A stretch of 64,000 nucleotides of DNA. Source: Bdellovibrionales bacterium (lineage in GTDB: Bacteria; Bdellovibrionota; Bdellovibrionia; Bdellovibrionales; UBA1609). Made by a program: the position numbers and the translations under genes. A model generated the notes under the pieces. That model did not search any database, was not told where the DNA came from, and saw nothing but the letters and a program-made list of their open reading frames with translations. This document shows, piece by piece, positions 10,684 to 21,083 of the stretch; position 1 is the stretch's first letter, and every line of letters starts with the position of its first letter. Location of the stretch: contig SKYF01000104.1 in NCBI GenBank assembly GCA_007128005.1, positions 1,232 to 65,231 on the forward strand. The letters are read 5' to 3'.

Positions 10684-13148
10684 CCGGGCAACTTTGCCCA
10701 GCTTTTATAAGGTATAAGGGACTTTTAGACGGCAAACAGCAAGGCCAGGGCCTAGATCCCTCTTCACCCTCTGCAGTTTTGAAAGAGTTTAGACTCATGC
10801 GTCACAAGCTCTGGCTGGGAGTTGCTGTTGAGTGCTTTGAAAACCATCGACCTCCCATGGAGATCTGCCAAGCCTGGACTCAATCTGCCGACCAAATCAT
10901 CCAGCAAGCCTGGGCTGAGGCCGGTTGCGATCGACTGCCCTTGAGTCTCTTTGCCATGGGCAAGCTCGGGGCCCAAGAGCTGAACTTGAGCTCTGATGTC
11001 GACTTAGTCGTTGTCAGCGCAACGACGGCAGAGCCCAACTGGGATCGCCCTTTGCGCCTATTCAACAACCTACTCAACCAGGTCAATGAATGGGGCTTTT
11101 GTCTGAGGACAGACTTTGATCTGAGACCTGGAGGCAGATTCAGTCCACTGATCACAAGCCTCGCACAGTTTGAAAACCACTACTGGAGCCAAGGGGAAAC
11201 ATGGGAGCGCCTTGCCCTCGTTAGACTCAGATTCCTAGCTGGCCACAGCAGCCTGGCTGAGAGTGTTCTCGAATTGGCTCATCGCTTCACCTATCGACGC
11301 TACCTGGATTATACTCTTTTTGAGGATCTCAAACAACTCAGGAGCCGTATCCACCGCCATCAAAACTCTCAAGCTCTGCAAAGCCCCAATGAGCCCATCC
11401 ATTTAAAGCTCGGGATTGGGGGCATTCGTGACATTGAGCTCTTTATCCACTCCCTTCAAGTCATTCATGGGGGGCGCCAGATTGAGCTCCGACAGACCTC
11501 CACTGACCAAGCCATTGATGCCCTCATCAGACACAAAATTTTACCTGAAGCTGACTTGGAGTTTTTACGTCAGGCCTATTGGCAGTTACGCGATTTTGAG
11601 AACCTCGCACAAATCCGAGAGGACCGACAGACTCACTTCTGGGACCCTCATATGAGCCTAGCACGCAAGCTCTATCCAAGCTACGAGCAGCTCCAAGAGC
11701 TTATGAAAAGTGTGGATCAAATTGTCTCCGACTTATTGGGAAGAGCCAAGTCCGAGTCTGATGATCTACCTATTGCTCTTGAACACCAACAAGACTGGCT
11801 CAGACAGATGGCCTATAGCCCGCACTCGGTTGAAGATATTTGGCCAGCACTCATTGACAAAGGTGTGCTGGCTCAGGACAAAAGCGCTCGGGAGCGCAAT
11901 GAATTGACCCGACGTCAGTTTTTAAAGGCATTTATCATAGCCTTGAACAAGATTGACTTAAATAAGGACCTAGGGCTCCACCTTCTTCTCGACTTTATTC
12001 GATCGACCAGAGCTAAAAGCTCATTTTTTAGTCTTCTCCTTAGAGAGCCCCGATTGATTGAGGATCTTGCACGACTCTTCTCCTCCTCTCCCTACTTGGG
12101 TGGCATCATCGCAAGGCGGCCTGAGCTTATAGACAGCTTTGTGCTGCGATACAGAGAAGCCTTCTCCGAGGATTTAGAACAGATGCTTGAGGAGATCACT
12201 GAGCACAAGCTGCTTGCGGAGATTTTCTCTGCCAATCGTTTCCTACAGGATTTTGATGTTCAAACTCTTATTCTCTCCCTCAGCGAGACAGCAGACCAAC
12301 TGGTTTCGGCTCTGCTGGTTAGACTCAAACAGGACTACCCTGGGTCAGGACTTGAAGTCCTGGCTCTTGGTAAATGGGGCGGCAGAGAAGTTGGTCTGCG
12401 CTCTGATTTAGACTTGATCTTTGTCTGCCCACAAAAGCCTCTAGCCGAGGATTACAAAGTGGCTCGACGGCTAATTTCTCGGCTCACAGAAGCCCACCGG
12501 GGGGGGCAGATTTACTCAGTCGACCTGCGATTGCGGCCCTCGGGAAGCTCTGGCCCCTTATTGGTTTCATTAGATGACCTAGGAAACTTTCTTCAACACG
12601 AGGCTGACCCCTGGCTCAGACAATCCTATTTGAAAGCGCGCTTTCTGTCCGGAAAAAGCGCCCAAAGCATTCACTCTCAAGTGATCAAACGGGGCTTAAA
12701 ATCCTCCGAGCTTTCTGAGCTCAAGAATATTCGGCAAAGGCTTTTAGCCACAACCTCTGATTCGACAAAGATAGATTTAAAAAAATCTCCTGGAGGCCTA
12801 ATTGACATCGAATTTGCCTGTCAAATTGCTTGCCTGACAGAGCAAATCCAGCCCAGCGATACCAGCACTCTGGCCCTGCTCGACAGCCTGGCCTTGACAC
12901 TTGGAGACTGGCGCTTAGAGGCCGCCGAGCTGAAAAAGATCTATCTCAAACTGCGTCGTACAGAACAGATTTTGCAGATCAGCACCAGTCATTCGGGCTC
13001 CATGCTGTGTCTAGACCAAGAGGAGTTTTCCACTGCAGCCAAACTGCAAAACGAAGCCCCTAAAGAGCTCTTTGAGAAAATCCGCAGATATTTAGCCCAT
13101 GGTCAAGAGATAGTCAAAAACCTTGACCCCATTTATCGGTCTCAGTAG
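10662..13148 (+). CDS. glnE: Glutamine synthetase adenylyltransferase GlnE-like
   Basis: Two nucleotidyltransferase halves: [17 protein letters not shown]...DLRPGG...WERLAL...[11 protein letters not shown] and [17 protein letters not shown]...DLRLRPSG...[12 protein letters not shown]. Start uncertain. Confidence 0.85.
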   Translation: MVTFSQLAGQLCPAFIRYKGLLDGKQQGQGLDPSSPSAVLKEFRLMRHKLWLGVAVECFENHRPPMEICQAWTQSADQIIQQAWAEAGCDRLPLSLFAMGKLGAQELNLSSDVDLVVVSATTAEPNWDRPLRLFNNLLNQVNEWGFCLRTDFDLRPGGRFSPLITSLAQFENHYWSQGETWERLALVRLRFLAGHSSLAESVLELAHRFTYRRYLDYTLFEDLKQLRSRIHRHQNSQALQSPNEPIHLKLGIGGIRDIELFIHSLQVIHGGRQIELRQTSTDQAIDALIRHKILPEADLEFLRQAYWQLRDFENLAQIREDRQTHFWDPHMSLARKLYPSYEQLQELMKSVDQIVSDLLGRAKSESDDLPIALEHQQDWLRQMAYSPHSVEDIWPALIDKGVLAQDKSARERNELTRRQFLKAFIIALNKIDLNKDLGLHLLLDFIRSTRAKSSFFSLLLREPRLIEDLARLFSSSPYLGGIIARRPELIDSFVLRYREAFSEDLEQMLEEITEHKLLAEIFSANRFLQDFDVQTLILSLSETADQLVSALLVRLKQDYPGSGLEVLALGKWGGREVGLRSDLDLIFVCPQKPLAEDYKVARRLISRLTEAHRGGQIYSVDLRLRPSGSSGPLLVSLDDLGNFLQHEADPWLRQSYLKARFLSGKSAQSIHSQVIKRGLKSSELSELKNIRQRLLATTSDSTKIDLKKSPGGLIDIEFACQIACLTEQIQPSDTSTLALLDSLALTLGDWRLEAAELKKIYLKLRRTEQILQISTSHSGSMLCLDQEEFSTAAKLQNEAPKELFEKIRRYLAHGQEIVKNLDPIYRSQ

Positions 13149-13189
13149 CTTGTAAAAAGGCTTTATCAACCCTTAAGAAAGGGCCACTT

Positions 13190-14041
13190 TTGATGTTTTT
13201 ATTAACACATTTTATCCCCATGCTTTTAGGAGCACTTCTACTTAGCTCCGTTGCCTGCAAGGCCAACACAGGCACTCAGACAAAAAGTCCGACCTCAGCA
13301 GAAGTTGCATCACCGACTGCTCCTGCAACACCTACGCCAGCAGCAGCACCTACATCTACACCTCCAGCCCCTGAACGCGCGTCTACAGATCTGCCTGCTG
13401 AACAGCCTGCTGAGCAGTCCGCTGCCAATGAGAAAGCAGCTCCTAAAGCTAAACCTTCCCCAACAACTACAACCACCATCCCACCAGCGAGGGTCAGAAG
13501 AATGTTTGCAGTGTTTGAAATTGCCCACGGAGAAGAAGATTTAGGAACAATCAGAGCAGAGCTGTTCTTTCGCCGAGCCCCTAAGACTGTTGAAAACTTT
13601 GTGGGTCTTGCAGAGGGCACTAAGAGCTTTCAAAATTTAGATGACTCCAGGGGAAAGCGTGGGGAACAAGTAACAAGGCCTTTCTATGATGGCCTTACTT
13701 TTCACCGGGTGATTCCTGGCTTTATGATCCAAGGGGGCTGTCCACTCGGTACCGGCACTGGAGGCCCTGGCTATCAGTTTGCAGATGAGTTTCACCCCAA
13801 CCTTCTACATAATCGAGAAGGGATTCTCTCCATGGCCAACGCTGGACCCAATACCAATGGCAGTCAGTTTTTCATCACTTTGGGGGAAACCCCGCATTTG
13901 AACAAGAGACACTCCGTCTTCGGCCAGGTGGTTGAGGGAATGGATGTCGTGAGAAAAGTGGCTCAAGTGCCCCGTCAAAGGGGCAATGACAAGCCCCTCA
14001 CTGATGTGGTGATAAAGAAAGTCACCATTGTCCGAGAGTAG
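13190..14041 (+). CDS. Cyclophilin-type peptidyl-prolyl isomerase, probable lipoprotein
   Basis: [30 protein letters not shown]; lipobox-like SVAC followed by a P/A/T-rich linker. Confidence 0.92.
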   Translation: MMFLLTHFIPMLLGALLLSSVACKANTGTQTKSPTSAEVASPTAPATPTPAAAPTSTPPAPERASTDLPAEQPAEQSAANEKAAPKAKPSPTTTTTIPPARVRRMFAVFEIAHGEEDLGTIRAELFFRRAPKTVENFVGLAEGTKSFQNLDDSRGKRGEQVTRPFYDGLTFHRVIPGFMIQGGCPLGTGTGGPGYQFADEFHPNLLHNREGILSMANAGPNTNGSQFFITLGETPHLNKRHSVFGQVVEGMDVVRKVAQVPRQRGNDKPLTDVVIKKVTIVRE

Positions 14042-14059
14042 ATACTAAAGCCCGCCAGA

Positions 14060-14818
14060 CTACAGAGGTGAGTCATCCGTCAAGATGAGCAAGTCCAGGC
14101 GGTTATTGAGTCTCTCGCTCTCTGGCCCAGAACCAGGCTTTAAAGGCCTTTGCGAGCCATAGGAAACGGCAATGAGATCTGACTCCTCAAACTGGTGAAC
14201 TCGAGCTAAGTAGCGAATGAGGCTTGTGGCTCGCGCTGAACTCAACTCCCAATGACTTGGATATCTGGAAGTCTTCAGGGGTTCGGAGCCAGTGTGGCTC
14301 TCGACGATCATTTTCCGATCCAGTCGCCTTAACATGGATGCCATCCGGTTGAGTAGGCCTAGAGCTTCTGGGTTAAATTGCGCACTTTCCCTCTCAAAAA
14401 GGTACAGGCTCGAAAGGGAAAGTCGAACGCCATAGTCATCCAAGGCAATATCCAATATCCCCGCCTCTATATCTTCCCGAGACAGCTCTGACTCGATAAA
14501 AATTTCCATCTGCCTTTGGGCCTGGCGTGCGGCAGGGCTGGCACGGGGATAGGTGGGCAATGGAGGCTCAATCGCAGTGTCCAACTCCTGGGCTTGATAG
14601 GCTGTCTGAGGAGCTCCCCCCACACCTACTCCTCCTGCCACCTTTATCAGATATTTGTTAATAGATTCCTGAAACTCCTCGGCTCTACCTAAATTCTTCT
14701 CAGATGTGGCATAGAGGACAACAAAAAAAGCAAACATTAAGGTTATAAAGTCCGCATAGGAGACAAGCCAGCGCTCCCTGTCCTCGTGCTCAGACTCTTC
14801 CTCTCTGCGCCTTCTCAT
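14060..14818 (-). CDS. motB: Flagellar stator MotB-like
   Basis: WLVSYADFITLMFAFF with the conserved Asp; OmpA-like C-domain (WELSSARA, NNRLDL). Confidence 0.88.
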   Translation of the reverse strand: MRRRREEESEHEDRERWLVSYADFITLMFAFFVVLYATSEKNLGRAEEFQESINKYLIKVAGGVGVGGAPQTAYQAQELDTAIEPPLPTYPRASPAARQAQRQMEIFIESELSREDIEAGILDIALDDYGVRLSLSSLYLFERESAQFNPEALGLLNRMASMLRRLDRKMIVESHTGSEPLKTSRYPSHWELSSARATSLIRYLARVHQFEESDLIAVSYGSQRPLKPGSGPESERLNNRLDLLILTDDSPL

Positions 14819-15558
14819 TCTAGATAGCCTTTCATCTTCTCTTCTACCACAACGGCGCCCATACCCGAAGCCAGAGCAACCACCCCCTCAAGGATCATTT
14901 CCTTCTCTTCACTCTCCCTTTGAATTCTTCGCTTGATCTTGTTGGCCACAGGTAAAAAGAACAGATTGGCCGATCCCACCCCATAGATAGTCGCAACAAA
15001 GGCGACGGCAATTCCCTTTCCTAAAGCGGAAGTGTCTACAAGATTGGCCATCACATGAATCAAGCCCAACACGGCTCCCAAGATGCCAATGGTCGGGGCA
15101 AATCCGCCGGCATCTGCCCACACCTTGGCTCCAGAAAGGCGTCGTCTTTCGTCCACCTCAATCTGATGCTCGAAGACGCTGCGCAGAGTTTTGGCATCGA
15201 CTCCATCCACAGTCATTCTCAACATGGTCTTCAAAAATTGGTTGGATTGCTTGGAGATCTCCTTTTCGATGGAAAGAAGGGTCTCGCGACGGGCCAACTG
15301 AGTCAGCCGTACAATATCTTGAGCCAGTTTCTGCCTTTGGCCCTCAGGCTCCGCATGAAAGGCCAAAGAGAGCATTCGCATACCCCGCTTAAACTCATCC
15401 ATCGAATTGGAGATCATAGTAGCCCCAAAGGTGCCTCCAAATACAATCAGCGCTGCCGTAAACTGTGTCAGGGAGTTGAAGTGTCCCCCTTCAATGGCAT
15501 TGCCAATTAAAATCCCTCCAAACCCCAACAAAATACCAATAAGAGTTGAAATATCCAT
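14815..15558 (-). CDS. motA: Flagellar stator MotA
   Basis: AALIVFGGT, ARRETLLSIE, APTIGILGAVLGLI, AFVATIYG. Confidence 0.92.
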   Translation of the reverse strand: MDISTLIGILLGFGGILIGNAIEGGHFNSLTQFTAALIVFGGTFGATMISNSMDEFKRGMRMLSLAFHAEPEGQRQKLAQDIVRLTQLARRETLLSIEKEISKQSNQFLKTMLRMTVDGVDAKTLRSVFEHQIEVDERRRLSGAKVWADAGGFAPTIGILGAVLGLIHVMANLVDTSALGKGIAVAFVATIYGVGSANLFFLPVANKIKRRIQRESEEKEMILEGVVALASGMGAVVVEEKMKGYLE

Positions 15559-15639
15559 ATCGGCCCCTCACTTCCAGCTCTGGCTATCGACCTCAGCTCA
15601 TGCTAAAGAATACCCATAGTTTATCTTAACTGTCATGGG

Positions 15640-16629
15640 GTGATTGTGAAGGTTTTAATCACGGGGGCAACAGGATTCGTGGGTATGTGGCTGCTGCGAA
15701 CGCTGGCACAAGCGGGAGTTCAAATTGCAGTCTACAGACGGAGCTCTGAACCTCTAGCAGAGTTTCAAGAACTTCAGGTTGAAGAGCACTATGGAGCAAT
15801 CACCGACATCGCTGCTTTGAGCCATGCCATGAAAGACTGCCACAGTGTCTTTCATTTGGCTGGGCTGGTGGGCTATAGCCAATCCATGTATCCTGCTATG
15901 CATACAGCCAATGTGAAGGGCACTGCTGCCGTTGTGGAGGCCTGCCTCAAAACGAAAGTAAAGCGCCTTCTTCACTTTAGCTCCGTAGTGGCAGTGGGGG
16001 CCAGCTTCTCTTCAGATCACATCTTAAACGAAAGCTCTGATTATAACCTGGGCCACCTCAACCTCGGCTATTTTGAAACAAAGCACCAGGCAGAGCAGCT
16101 GGTGCTTCGTGCTGTTTCAGACAGGGATCTAAATGCGGTGATCGTTAATCCCTCCACTATTTATGGAGCGGAAGACTCAAAAAAGGGCAGTAGAGGGGTT
16201 CAGCTCAAAGTGGCTCGGGGAAAATTCCCTTTTTACACCTCCGGAGGAGTCAATGTGGTGCACATTCAGGATGTTATTGAAGGCACAATCTCTGCCTGGA
16301 AAAGAGGTCAAACGGGGGAGCGCTATATTTTAGCCGGGGAAAACCTCCTCATTAAAGACCTCTTTCAGCGCATAGCTTTGTACGCTGAAGTCAAACCTCC
16401 GTCTATTTATCTCCCCAACCCTGTTGTTCACTCTTTAGGGGGAGTCGGAAATGCCCTTGAGCGCTTTGGCCTTAAGGGCCCCATCAATCGTGAGACGGCC
16501 TGGACCTCCACTTTGTTTCACTGGTTTGATTCCAGCAAGGCACAAACTCAACTGGACTTCCGAGCCCGCCCCGCCAACGTAGCTATCCAAGAGAGCGTGG
16601 AATGGAGCAAAAACCAAAGCCTTATCTAG
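15640..16629 (+). CDS. NAD-dependent epimerase/dehydratase (extended SDR)
   Basis: TGATGFVG Rossmann motif, FHLAG, YFETK (YxxxK), GERYIL. Confidence 0.88.
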   Translation: MIVKVLITGATGFVGMWLLRTLAQAGVQIAVYRRSSEPLAEFQELQVEEHYGAITDIAALSHAMKDCHSVFHLAGLVGYSQSMYPAMHTANVKGTAAVVEACLKTKVKRLLHFSSVVAVGASFSSDHILNESSDYNLGHLNLGYFETKHQAEQLVLRAVSDRDLNAVIVNPSTIYGAEDSKKGSRGVQLKVARGKFPFYTSGGVNVVHIQDVIEGTISAWKRGQTGERYILAGENLLIKDLFQRIALYAEVKPPSIYLPNPVVHSLGGVGNALERFGLKGPINRETAWTSTLFHWFDSSKAQTQLDFRARPANVAIQESVEWSKNQSLI

Positions 16630-16671
16630 TGACTGGCGCGAAAGTGACTGGCGGTTTCGCGCCAGTCACTA
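16627..16671. repeat. Perfect 17-bp inverted repeat between convergent genes (hairpin or bidirectional terminator)
   Basis: TAGTGACTGGCGCGAAA-11 nt-TTTCGCGCCAGTCACTA. Confidence 0.8.
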
Positions 16672-17469
16672 TCAAGTGACTAATTTGGCGCGCATTCGAG
16701 CAACTGCATAGTTGGTGGTAAAGACCGCCATGACAAATAGAACTGCCAAATTCAAAAACAGGCTCGCCTGCACCTCTCCACTAACTATGGATCTTACAGC
16801 CATCACCGCATGGGTCAGAGGCAAAAACAAAGCTATCTTCTGAACCAGTTCGGGAAGGACCCCTAATGGAAAATAGGTCCCAGCAAAAAGATACATCGGC
16901 ATAATGAAAATGGTCTGAGCATAGAGAAACCAATCATAGTTGCGAGCTGTAGAAGTAAAAATCACCCCTATGCTTGCAAACACCCAGCACATCAAAGCCA
17001 CCACAGCCAGAGAGGGCACAATGTGCTCCGGACGAATAAGACCTTGAGACCAGGCGACAAGTGCGACCCCAGAGGCGCTCAGCAAGCCCTTTGAAGCGGC
17101 CCATAGAATTTCACCCAGAGCAACTTCGTCGGGTCCGATGGAAGTCAGTAGAACAGTGTCAAAAGTCTTTTGCCGAGTCAGTTTTGTATAGGTGGAGTAA
17201 GTGGACTCAAAGAAAACCACAAGCATAGCCGAAATGACCATCAGGGCAGGAGTGAAAAACTCCAGATAAGATACCCCTTGAACATCCCCGACTAAGGTTC
17301 CCAGTCCATAGCCAATCGCCAAGAGGTAAAGAATGGGCTCGACTATCACCCACAGCAGGGAAACCCAAATACTGTACCTAAAATAAAGAAAGTTCCTCTG
17401 CCACACACACCAGGCTCCCCGCCCGAGTTTTGGCACATAAAAGAGATCTGTGAGCAGGGTCAATCCCAT
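16672..17469 (-). CDS. ABC-2 type transporter permease (NodJ-like)
   Basis: EPILYLLAIGYGLG, SYLEFFTP, GEILWA, GTYFPL, LPLTHAV; multiple TM segments. Confidence 0.88.
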   Translation of the reverse strand: MGLTLLTDLFYVPKLGRGAWCVWQRNFLYFRYSIWVSLLWVIVEPILYLLAIGYGLGTLVGDVQGVSYLEFFTPALMVISAMLVVFFESTYSTYTKLTRQKTFDTVLLTSIGPDEVALGEILWAASKGLLSASGVALVAWSQGLIRPEHIVPSLAVVALMCWVFASIGVIFTSTARNYDWFLYAQTIFIMPMYLFAGTYFPLGVLPELVQKIALFLPLTHAVMAVRSIVSGEVQASLFLNLAVLFVMAVFTTNYAVARMRAKLVT

Positions 17470-18422
17470 TACTGATCCCTCAGTTCATGACCTGAGAGCT
17501 TTAGAAACACATCGTTGAGAGCGGCCCGCCGAATTCGAATGCTGCTGGTGTTGACCAGTTGTGCCGCTTCGCGCCCATCCTGATCCTCCCCAATAAATAG
17601 CTGTATCTTTCTATTGATCACTTGGTAGCGATATTGGTCGCGAACCTTTTTAACAAAATAATTCAAATCTTCTGGCGCAACCTCAAACTCGACGACTTCT
17701 CGGCCTATGTGCTCTTCAATGAGGTCCTTGGGGTGCCCTTCGCAGAGAATTTGTCCCCTATCCATAATCACCAAGCGATCACAAAGGACCTCGGCCTCTT
17801 CCATATAGTGAGTTGTTAAGATCAGGCTGCGGCCTGCCCTTTTTAGCTGCTCCAAAGAATGCCAAATCCACTGCCTGGCCTGAGGATCTAGGCCTGTGGT
17901 GGGCTCATCTAGAATCAGTAGCTCTGGTTCATTTAATAGAGCCCGGGCAATGACAAGTCGCCTCTTCATTCCTCCGCTTAAGACTTCCACCGAGTGATCC
18001 TTGTACTCTTCCAGCTGCATCAGGCGCAGCAGCTCAAGGGCCCTGAGGCGAGCTTGCTTCTGCTTTAAACCCACAAATCTGGCAAAAACTAGCAGATTAT
18101 CCATCACAGTAAAGTCGTGATCCAATCCATCCATTTGCGGAACAATACCTATTTTGGATTTTATCACCTTCAAATGGGTGCGCACATTGAGGCCCAAAAC
18201 AAAGAGCTCCCCTGAAGTGATGCGATTCATTCCGTAGAGCATTCTTAAGGTAGAAGTTTTTCCAGCTCCATTGGGCCCTAGGATGCCAAAACACTCTCCC
18301 CTGGGAACAAAGAGATCGATTTTGTTCACAACAGTTTTATTGCCATATTTTTTTTCTAAGGACCTGGCCTCAACTGCAGCTTGCATACAGACCATGATGG
18401 TCCGAGCTGGATTCAAAGGCAA
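17469..18422 (-). CDS. ABC transporter ATP-binding protein (NodI-like)
   Basis: GPNGAGKTS, LSGGMKRR, LDEPTTGLDP, TTHYMEEA. Confidence 0.92.
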   Translation of the reverse strand: MPLNPARTIMVCMQAAVEARSLEKKYGNKTVVNKIDLFVPRGECFGILGPNGAGKTSTLRMLYGMNRITSGELFVLGLNVRTHLKVIKSKIGIVPQMDGLDHDFTVMDNLLVFARFVGLKQKQARLRALELLRLMQLEEYKDHSVEVLSGGMKRRLVIARALLNEPELLILDEPTTGLDPQARQWIWHSLEQLKRAGRSLILTTHYMEEAEVLCDRLVIMDRGQILCEGHPKDLIEEHIGREVVEFEVAPEDLNYFVKKVRDQYRYQVINRKIQLFIGEDQDGREAAQLVNTSSIRIRRAALNDVFLKLSGHELRDQ

Positions 18423-18428
18423 GCCCGG

Positions 18429-19433
18429 TTAGCCGTGTCCGCCCATTAAAAAGGGCTCATGACTGGTATCCGTCTGGGGCAATCTCTGCATCAAGGCAAA
18501 AAACTCAAAGACCTCTGCCTTAAGTTGATCCTTGTCCTTAAGCTCAAATAGCTGTCTGCGAAACCTTGCCGAGTCTGGATAACCTGCCGAATACCAGGCG
18601 GCGAACTTCTTCACCTGCAAAAAAACCAGCCTGTCCTCATAGCGTCGCTCAAGGTGGTAAAAAAGCCTCTCCAGTAACAGCTTAAAGTCCTTTTCCTGAT
18701 CCTTACCCATCGCCTGGCGAAAGATCCATGGGTTCTTAAGGCAGCCCCGGCCAATCATCACCCCTAAGCAGCCACTTTTACTTAGAGCCTGTTGAGCTTT
18801 GGTGGCAGAAGTGAGGTCCCCATTGCCAATAATGGGGATGGGGCTCTCTTGGACAACACGGCCAATGTAATCCCAATCCGCCTGCCCTGAATACCCCTGT
18901 GCCCTGGTTCGTCCATGAATGGCCATCCAGGTGATTCCCTCATCTGCGGCCACTTGGGCCACCTGTTCAGCATTGCGGCTGGCCTCATCCCAGCCCGTGC
19001 GCACCTTGATTGTCACTGGAATGGAAACTGCGGATTTTACCACCCTCAGAACCTGCTGCAGGGCCTTTAAATCCCTCAATAAAGCTGCCCCTGCTCCCCG
19101 CTTAACCACCTTGGGCACGGGACAGCCAAAATTGAGATCGACAAAATCCGCCCCCATCTGCTCAACCACTCGCGCCGCATAGTCCAATGAGTCCAGATCC
19201 TCCCCAAAAATCTGAATTCCCACTGGGTGCTGCGATTCATCAAACTCCATCAATTTGCGAGTTTTCTCACTGCTGAACTTCAAGCCTGTGGCAGACACCA
19301 GCTCAGTGACCACCACCCCACAGCCGAGCTCCCGCATAAAAGAGCGGAAAGCCGCATCGGTGATCCCGGCCATAGGAGCCAAAAGAAAGGGGTTCTCTTT
19401 GACAGAATTTAGGAGCTTTTCAGGGATCATCAC
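18429..19433 (-). CDS. dusB: tRNA-dihydrouridine synthase
   Basis: LAPMAGITD, DLNFGCP, HGRTR, GNGD, MIGRG. Confidence 0.9.
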   Translation of the reverse strand: MMIPEKLLNSVKENPFLLAPMAGITDAAFRSFMRELGCGVVVTELVSATGLKFSSEKTRKLMEFDESQHPVGIQIFGEDLDSLDYAARVVEQMGADFVDLNFGCPVPKVVKRGAGAALLRDLKALQQVLRVVKSAVSIPVTIKVRTGWDEASRNAEQVAQVAADEGITWMAIHGRTRAQGYSGQADWDYIGRVVQESPIPIIGNGDLTSATKAQQALSKSGCLGVMIGRGCLKNPWIFRQAMGKDQEKDFKLLLERLFYHLERRYEDRLVFLQVKKFAAWYSAGYPDSARFRRQLFELKDKDQLKAEVFEFFALMQRLPQTDTSHEPFLMGGHG

Positions 19434-19572
19434 CTGGACCTTCTATGTCAAATCAGCAAAAGACGCAAAGCGCATTTTTGCCCTAGAAAAGCGCAATGCA
19501 TTGGGTTGCTTTTGAAGTTTGACAGACCGCACAGCCCCAGAATAACTAAGTCCTTCGTTTTCTTTGCATCAA

Positions 19573-19648
<76 letters not shown>

Positions 19649-19656
19649 CTTTCCTA

Positions 19657-20832
19657 CTATTTAAGAGCTTGCTCCAGGTCGGAAATCAGGTCCTTTTGGT
19701 CCTCAATCCCCACGCTGAGACGAATCAACCCGTCATCAATGCCCAGTTGAGCCCGGATCTCTGGGGGGATGCTCGCGTGGGTCATAATGGCTGGGTGCTC
19801 AACCAAGGACTCCACTCCTCCCAAACTCTCTGCCAAGGCAAAAACCTGGAGGCTTTCTAAGAAGCGGCGGGCCTTGGGTAGGCCTCCTTTAATGTAAAAG
19901 GTGACCATGCCCCCAAATCCCTTCATCTGCTCTTGAGCCAATTTGTGTTGAGGATGACTGGCCAGCCCTGGATAGATCACCTTCTCCACTTGGGGGTGTT
20001 TCTCAAGAAACCGAGCCACAGCCTGGGCATTGTCTTGGTGGGCTCTCATGCGAACAGCAAGGGTCTTGAGGCTACGCAAAGACAAAAAGGAATCCATGGT
20101 AGAGGCCACGGGCCCCAGAGCGTTGCTGAGAAAGGCAATTTTTTCTGCTAACTCGGCCTGTGCCGCCACAATGGCTCCACCCACCACATCACTATGTCCA
20201 TTGATGTACTTGGTGGTGGAGTGGACGACGAGATCGGCCCCAAACTCTATGGGACGCTGAAAATAGGGGCTCATAAAAGTGTTATCGACTACCACCAAAA
20301 TGCCCTTGGCCCTGGCCTGCTCACAGATGGCCCGAATATCCACCAATTTCAACATAGGGTTGGTGGGAGTCTCAAGCCAGATCAGACGGGTATTGGGCTT
20401 GAGTGCTGAGGCCAAACTCTCAGTCTGAGTGAGGTCGACATAGGAAAATTCAAGTCCCTGTTTAGTGAAGACCTTATCAAAAATTCTAAAGGTCCCTCCA
20501 TACATATCGTCATTGGCCACCACATGATCTCCAGCTTGCAGGAGGTGCATGACCGTGCTGGTGGCGGCACAACCCGAGGCAAAGGCAAAGCCCTGAACTC
20601 CCCCCTCCAGACTGGCCAGACAGTCCTCAAAGGCCCTCCGTGTGGGATTAGAAGTACGGCTGTACTCATAGCCCTTATGAACTCCAGGAGACTCTTGAAC
20701 AAAGGTGGTGCTTAAGTAAACAGGGGTCATAATTGCCCCCGTGACCGGGTCTGGCCTTTGGCCTGCGTGGATAGCCCTGGTTTCAAATCCAAATTCTTCA
20801 GGGCTCCAGTCCGAGCTCTTTTCCCTTGCCAT
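19657..20832 (-). CDS. Cystathionine gamma-synthase/gamma-lyase family PLP enzyme
   Basis: YSRTSNPT, ETPTNP, DNTF, HSTTKYINGHSDV, LAESLGGVESL, RLSVGIE. Confidence 0.92.
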   Translation of the reverse strand: MAREKSSDWSPEEFGFETRAIHAGQRPDPVTGAIMTPVYLSTTFVQESPGVHKGYEYSRTSNPTRRAFEDCLASLEGGVQGFAFASGCAATSTVMHLLQAGDHVVANDDMYGGTFRIFDKVFTKQGLEFSYVDLTQTESLASALKPNTRLIWLETPTNPMLKLVDIRAICEQARAKGILVVVDNTFMSPYFQRPIEFGADLVVHSTTKYINGHSDVVGGAIVAAQAELAEKIAFLSNALGPVASTMDSFLSLRSLKTLAVRMRAHQDNAQAVARFLEKHPQVEKVIYPGLASHPQHKLAQEQMKGFGGMVTFYIKGGLPKARRFLESLQVFALAESLGGVESLVEHPAIMTHASIPPEIRAQLGIDDGLIRLSVGIEDQKDLISDLEQALK

Positions 20833-20859
20833 TTTTCGCCTCCAATATTTCGAGTGGGC

Positions 20860-21060
20860 TTACTTAATTGCTTTGTCGGAGCCACTAAAGTGCAGAGCCC
20901 TCAACACCCTGTTGATCCGATCCACTGGATCCTCACAGTAGGGAATTCCTGTCTCGGCCATCATTGCTTGAATGACATCCTCTTGCGGCTCATCTTTGAT
21001 CAACTCATCCACTAACTTTTCCAAAGTGATGAGCTGATCGCCCAATAATGATTCCTCCAT
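20860..21060 (-). CDS. Small hypothetical protein
   Basis: 66-aa ORF filling the gap in a co-oriented gene run, with a purine-rich RBS (GAGGGGG). Confidence 0.6.
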   Translation of the reverse strand: MEESLLGDQLITLEKLVDELIKDEPQEDVIQAMMAETGIPYCEDPVDRINRVLRALHFSGSDKAIK

Positions 21061-21083
21061 GTTTTCCCCCTCCTCTATTACTG

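Noticed and set aside
12499..12506. G8 tract in glnE (similar C8 tracts near 50157 and 58901) as phase-variation sites
   Set aside because: The tracts are short, the frames are intact, and there is no evidence of variation.
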